A stretch of DNA of 20,000 bases, taken from the NCBI GenBank assembly GCA_963848135.1, contig CAWKCK010000017.1:1391605-1411604 (forward strand). The letters run 5' to 3'. This document shows, one piece after another, positions 16,565 to 20,000 of this stretch. Both the position numbers and the translations under genes were made by a program. Position 1 is the stretch's first letter. The number at the start of each line of letters is the position of its first letter. The notes beneath the pieces were generated by a model. That model made no database searches. It saw only the letters and a list, made by a program, of their open reading frames with translations, and was not told the DNA's origin. Source of the DNA: an uncultured delta proteobacterium (lineage in GTDB: Bacteria > Desulfobacterota > Desulfobacteria > Desulfobacterales > SG8-13).

Positions 16565-17143
16565 CTCAAAGCCATCAACAATCAACCAGATTGATACACG
16601 ACAAGGCGGCGAAATAGGAAAGCGACGCCCCTAAAAAACAGAGCACGAACACAATGTCACCATGATACGCGTTTTACTGTTCCCGACATGATATCCAGTT
16701 GTAAAATGAAAATTCTATGCATTCCCTGATAGACAAATCCCTGGCAAGCAAGCTGTACTATTGGATACCCCGTATTTGTTGGATAGCCAGGACATATCTG
16801 TTCAATTAGAACTGACTCAGATGATTATAGGAAAAGGTGGTGGTTACCCTCGCGTAACAAGGATTCTATTTAATTAAGGCCGGATTTTTTCAGGCCCGCA
16901 ATATACAGTTCAATCACTCAGCATCCTTTATGAAGTGCTGAATTAATTATCGTCAACGGGATGGAAAATTCAGCTTTAATTTTAATACCTCTTCGACATT
17001 CTGTTTTTTAACCCAAAAATTTAAAGTTGTAATTTGCAAACTGACATTCCATAATAATTAAATTTTGAATCGCTATTTTCCGGCCTTTTTGTATTATGAG
17101 GCTTTAAATTGGAGCGATCATTTTGAGCGAAAATAAGATAAAC

Positions 17144-18990
17144 ATGCCAGAACTAATGAGGAACAATGAACTTTTCCGGATTTTTATGGAGGAAAGCATC
17201 GAACCCATTTGGTGCTTTGAACTCGACGAGCCCATTTCTCTCGATTTGCCGGAAGACGAACAATTTAACTTATTCTTTAGTCAGGATACCTCATAGAGAA
17301 CAACAGGGCATATGCGCAGATTGTTGGGTACGAACGGAGGGAGGACATGCTGGGTCTGCGCGCTCGTGAAATCATGCCACCTTCCGTTCCCGAGAATGCG
17401 GACGCCATTAAGCAGGTCATCAGGTCAGGCTATAATTTGCGTGATTTCGTGAGCGTTGAAATTTACAAAGATAAGAAATATATTGTTCTCAACAATGTTA
17501 GGGGCGTCATCGAAGATGGAAAGCTCCTTAGAGTATGGGGGACGGCCCGAGATATCACCACTCAGATAGCCGCTGAAGATGACCTTCGCGAAGCAGAGCA
17601 GCGCTATCGGACCGTAGCCGACTTTACTTATGACTGGGAAACCTGGGAAAACATAGACGGTTCCTACAATTATGTATCCCCCTCTTTTGAAAGGATTACG
17701 GGATATCGAGTGCAACAATTAATAGACCGTCCTGGTATGCTAAATGAGATCATTTTGCCCGATCATTTAACCCAGTGGCAGGAACACCAACAAGCTGCGT
17801 ATGCCCGGCATGAAACGGACGAGATTCAGTTCCCTATCCGCGCAAAGAACGGCCAAATCCGATGGATCGAGCACATTTGCCAACCTGTCTATGGTGATAA
17901 GGGAGAATATTTAGGCATCAGAGCCAGCAATCGAGACATCACCGCCAGAAAACTATCTGAAAGAAGGCTCCGCAACGCTTATACGAAGATTGAGGAGTTG
18001 AAAAACCGGTTGGAAGCCGAAAGTGCCTACCTTCAAGACGAAATTAAGCTGGAACACAACTTTGAAAACATCATCGGTCAGAGCGATTCAATCAAATATG
18101 TACTCCACAGAGTCGAACAGGTCGCCCCCACGGATTCTACCGTATTATTTATGGGGGAAACGGGTACGGGCAAGGAGCTATTAGCCCGGGCTCTACACAA
18201 GCTCAGCCCTCGCGGTAGAAGGGCATTGGTGAAGGTGAACTGTGCGGCCCTGCCCCGGGAATTGATTGAAAGCGAACTTTTCGGCCGGGAAAAAGGGGCT
18301 TTTACCAGCGCCACAACTACCCAGCCGGGGCGCTTCGAACTGGCCAAGGGATCCACGATTTTTTTGGACGAAATCGGCGAAATGCCACTCGAGCTTCAGG
18401 CCAAACTGCTGCACGTTATTGAAAGCGGTGAATTTGAAAGACTGGGAAGCCCCCGCCCACTTCACTCCGATGCCCGAATCATCGCCGCCACAAACCGCGT
18501 TCTGGAAGAAGAAGTGCGGAAAGGCCGTTTCCGGGAAGATTTGTGGTATCGGCTCAAGGTTTTTCCCATTACGGTGCCTCCTTTGCGGGAGCAACCGGAA
18601 GACATCCAGTTGCTGGTCGCTTGGTTTATGGATCGACTCGGCGGAAAAATGGGAAAACGCGCCACCGAAATCACTAAACGGTCCATGAAAATGTTGCAGA
18701 GCTACCACTGGCCAGGCAATGTACGAGAATTGAAACATGTGGTTGAAGCTGCAATGATTACCTCAAAGGGGAAGAGGCTGAATTTTGAACTTCCCCAAAC
18801 GGAGGACACTTTGGGTAGTGATTTCAAATCTTTTGAGGAAATGGAGCATGATTATATTCTGCAGGTGCTCAAAGCCAGGAATTGGAAAATCGGGGGTGAT
18901 AACAGTGCTGCTTCAACTTTAGGGATGCATGTCAACACGCTTCGTGGCCGTATGAAAAAACTCGGTATTAAGAGGCCGAAACCACAATAA
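17144..18990 (+). CDS. sigma54-dependent enhancer-binding protein (PAS-PAS-AAA+-HTH); first PAS interrupted by a -1 frameshift
   Basis: Walker A GETGTGKE, ESELFGREKGAFTSA, FLDEIGE, WPGNVREL and a C-terminal HTH lie in ORF 17347..18990. The N-terminus MPELMRNNELFRIFMEESIEPIWCFELDEPISLDLPEDEQF from ATG 17144 joins GYLIENNRAYAQIVGY...MLG if one G is added at 17284-17285. A GGAGG upstream of ATG 17347 could allow a shortened product. Confidence 0.88.
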
Positions 18991-19064
18991 CGTAAGTTTG
19001 ATCGTCAAAGTAACTGTTACGAAAACACCTCTATACTTCCCGCTTAAATCCAAAAGCCGGCCCA

Positions 19065-19106
19065 AAAACACCAAATATGGTTTTAACAAACCATATTTGG
19101 TGTTTT
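19065..19106. promoter_or_regulatory. Perfect 19-bp inverted repeat: candidate enhancer (UAS) and/or terminator
   Basis: AAAACACCAAATATGGTTT-TAAC-AAACCATATTTGGTGTTTT. Each arm holds a near-palindrome (CCAAATATGG, CCATATTTGG), 20 bp apart and about 100-135 bp upstream of a -24/-12 box. Confidence 0.65.
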
Positions 19107-19200
19107 CAATCGACTTTTTTTATCCCGCCCGCCACTTGAAAAATCAGATATTTCTATAGTTTACTAATAGTTAGTAGCGTGTCTGGGTTGTTTTTTCTAA

Positions 19201-19216
19201 CGGCATGATATTTGAT
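19201..19216 (+). promoter_or_regulatory. sigma54-type promoter for the ABM and sulfatase genes
   Basis: CGGCATG-ATAT-TTGAT has correct spacing with a GA variant at -12. An IHF-like AATCAG-ATAT-TTC lies at 19142-19154. Confidence 0.5.
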
Positions 19217-19319
19217 AGCTCAATAATTTACCAAGTTTCTTGCTCATGGTCAGATCCTTTCTTTTTCGGAATAACACAAAGCCTAATACATTTTCCGGTT
19301 TTAGGGGGACACCTCTGTG

Positions 19320-19647
19320 ATGATCTACTTTTTAAATATCGAAATAAAGCCATACAAAGTCGATGAATTTTTCGACAGCATGCAATCGTTTACTCACCGC
19401 ATTCGCAAAAATAACGAATGTCTTGATTTCAACCTGTTACCGGAATTCAGAAAAGGAAAATAGCTATATCGTGATTGGTAAGTGGAAAACACGCCAAGCC
19501 CTGGAGAGGCATTTCCAAAGAAACGAATTCGAACTGTTACTTGGGGCAGCCAGAGTACTGGGGGAGACATTCGAAATGAACATTGTTGAAGTATTAAAAA
19601 CAGGGGGCCTTGAATTTGCCAAAGAGCAGATTCATTGCAATGATTAA
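19320..19647 (+). pseudogene. Antibiotic biosynthesis monooxygenase (ABM)-like domain protein, frameshifted (+1 nt)
   Basis: AGGGGG RBS. MIYFLNIEIKPYKVDEFFDSMQSFTHRIRKNNECLDFNL joins YRNSEKENSYIVIGKWKTRQALERHF... if one T is removed at 19437-19438 (108 aa). Confidence 0.75.
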
Positions 19648-19748
19648 GGGGCACAGTGCTGGATGAACATTTTTCGTAATCGTATATGATCCGATGTTTA
19701 ACTTACAACACAAATCAAAGCGCCACCATAAGAAAAAGGAGAAACGAG

Positions 19749-20000
19749 ATGAAACAGAAGTTACATGAGGACGTTAGCCGTTCCGTCCCGATCAATGCGT
19801 CTTTCTCACAGCGTTGGTCGGCGTTCGCAGCGATGATTTTAATTATAGCCATTGGACTCATCGTCGTTGCCACCGACGAGGCGTATGCAAAGGAGAAGTT
19901 CGACCGCACAGTTTTGCCGGTGCAAGAGCCCCTCCCCCCAACATCCAGTGAACTGGACGCCCGAAACGCAACGCCACCTCCGGGATTTGAGGTCAAAGCC
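19749..20000 (+). CDS. Arylsulfatase-family protein, N-terminal part (runs off the window)
   Basis: AAGGAG RBS and a signal peptide ending AYA, then DRTVLPVQEP...ELDARNATPPPGFEVKA. I recognise this as the leader preceding the PNV..DD sulfatase core; the catalytic motif is outside the window. Confidence 0.75.
   Translation, partial: MKQKLHEDVSRSVPINASFSQRWSAFAAMILIIAIGLIVVATDEAYAKEKFDRTVLPVQEPLPPTSSELDARNATPPPGFEVKA

Noticed and set aside
16641..16660. GAGCACGAACACAATGTCAC as another transposase-binding site
   Set aside because: A single partial match in the same orientation as the end at 10366 and without a terminal TGT/ACA, so likely chance.
17166..17369. 67-aa ORF upstream of the sigma54 activator
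   Set aside because: Wrong frame; the region encodes the activator's frameshifted first PAS domain starting at 17144.
19715..19996. Minus-strand 93-aa ORF
   Set aside because: Antisense shadow of the sulfatase N-terminus.

Overview
The window looks like a sulfate-reducing deltaproteobacterium (Desulfobacterales-like); this is inferred from gene content, not from a search. It has two halves. The left half (1-10365) carries intact chromosomal genes: a beta-propeller lipoprotein running off the left edge, a secreted hypothetical protein, a PAS hybrid histidine kinase, a VWA/MoxR pair, a short core (MesB-like) methionine synthase, tatA and ssb. Its intergenic DNA holds a candidate stand-alone structured ncRNA (about 2440-2773, minus strand) with its own sigma54-type promoter and terminator, a REP/MITE-like hairpin, and two decayed IS200-type end remnants. 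At 10366, 16 bp upstream of the ssb start codon, there is a sequence built like a Tn7/Mu-type transposon end: TGT-N5 followed by three contiguous 20-bp repeats. The right half is a largely AT-richer accessory region: NfeD, diheme cytochrome c, a tandem-domain unknown protein, a Cys-rich leader-like protein, a dienelactone hydrolase, a DUF4345-like protein, a YraR/TIP30-like protein, a PAS sigma54 activator, an ABM-domain protein and the start of an arylsulfatase. Four of these genes carry single-base frameshifts. All calls were made by eye and no database searches were run.
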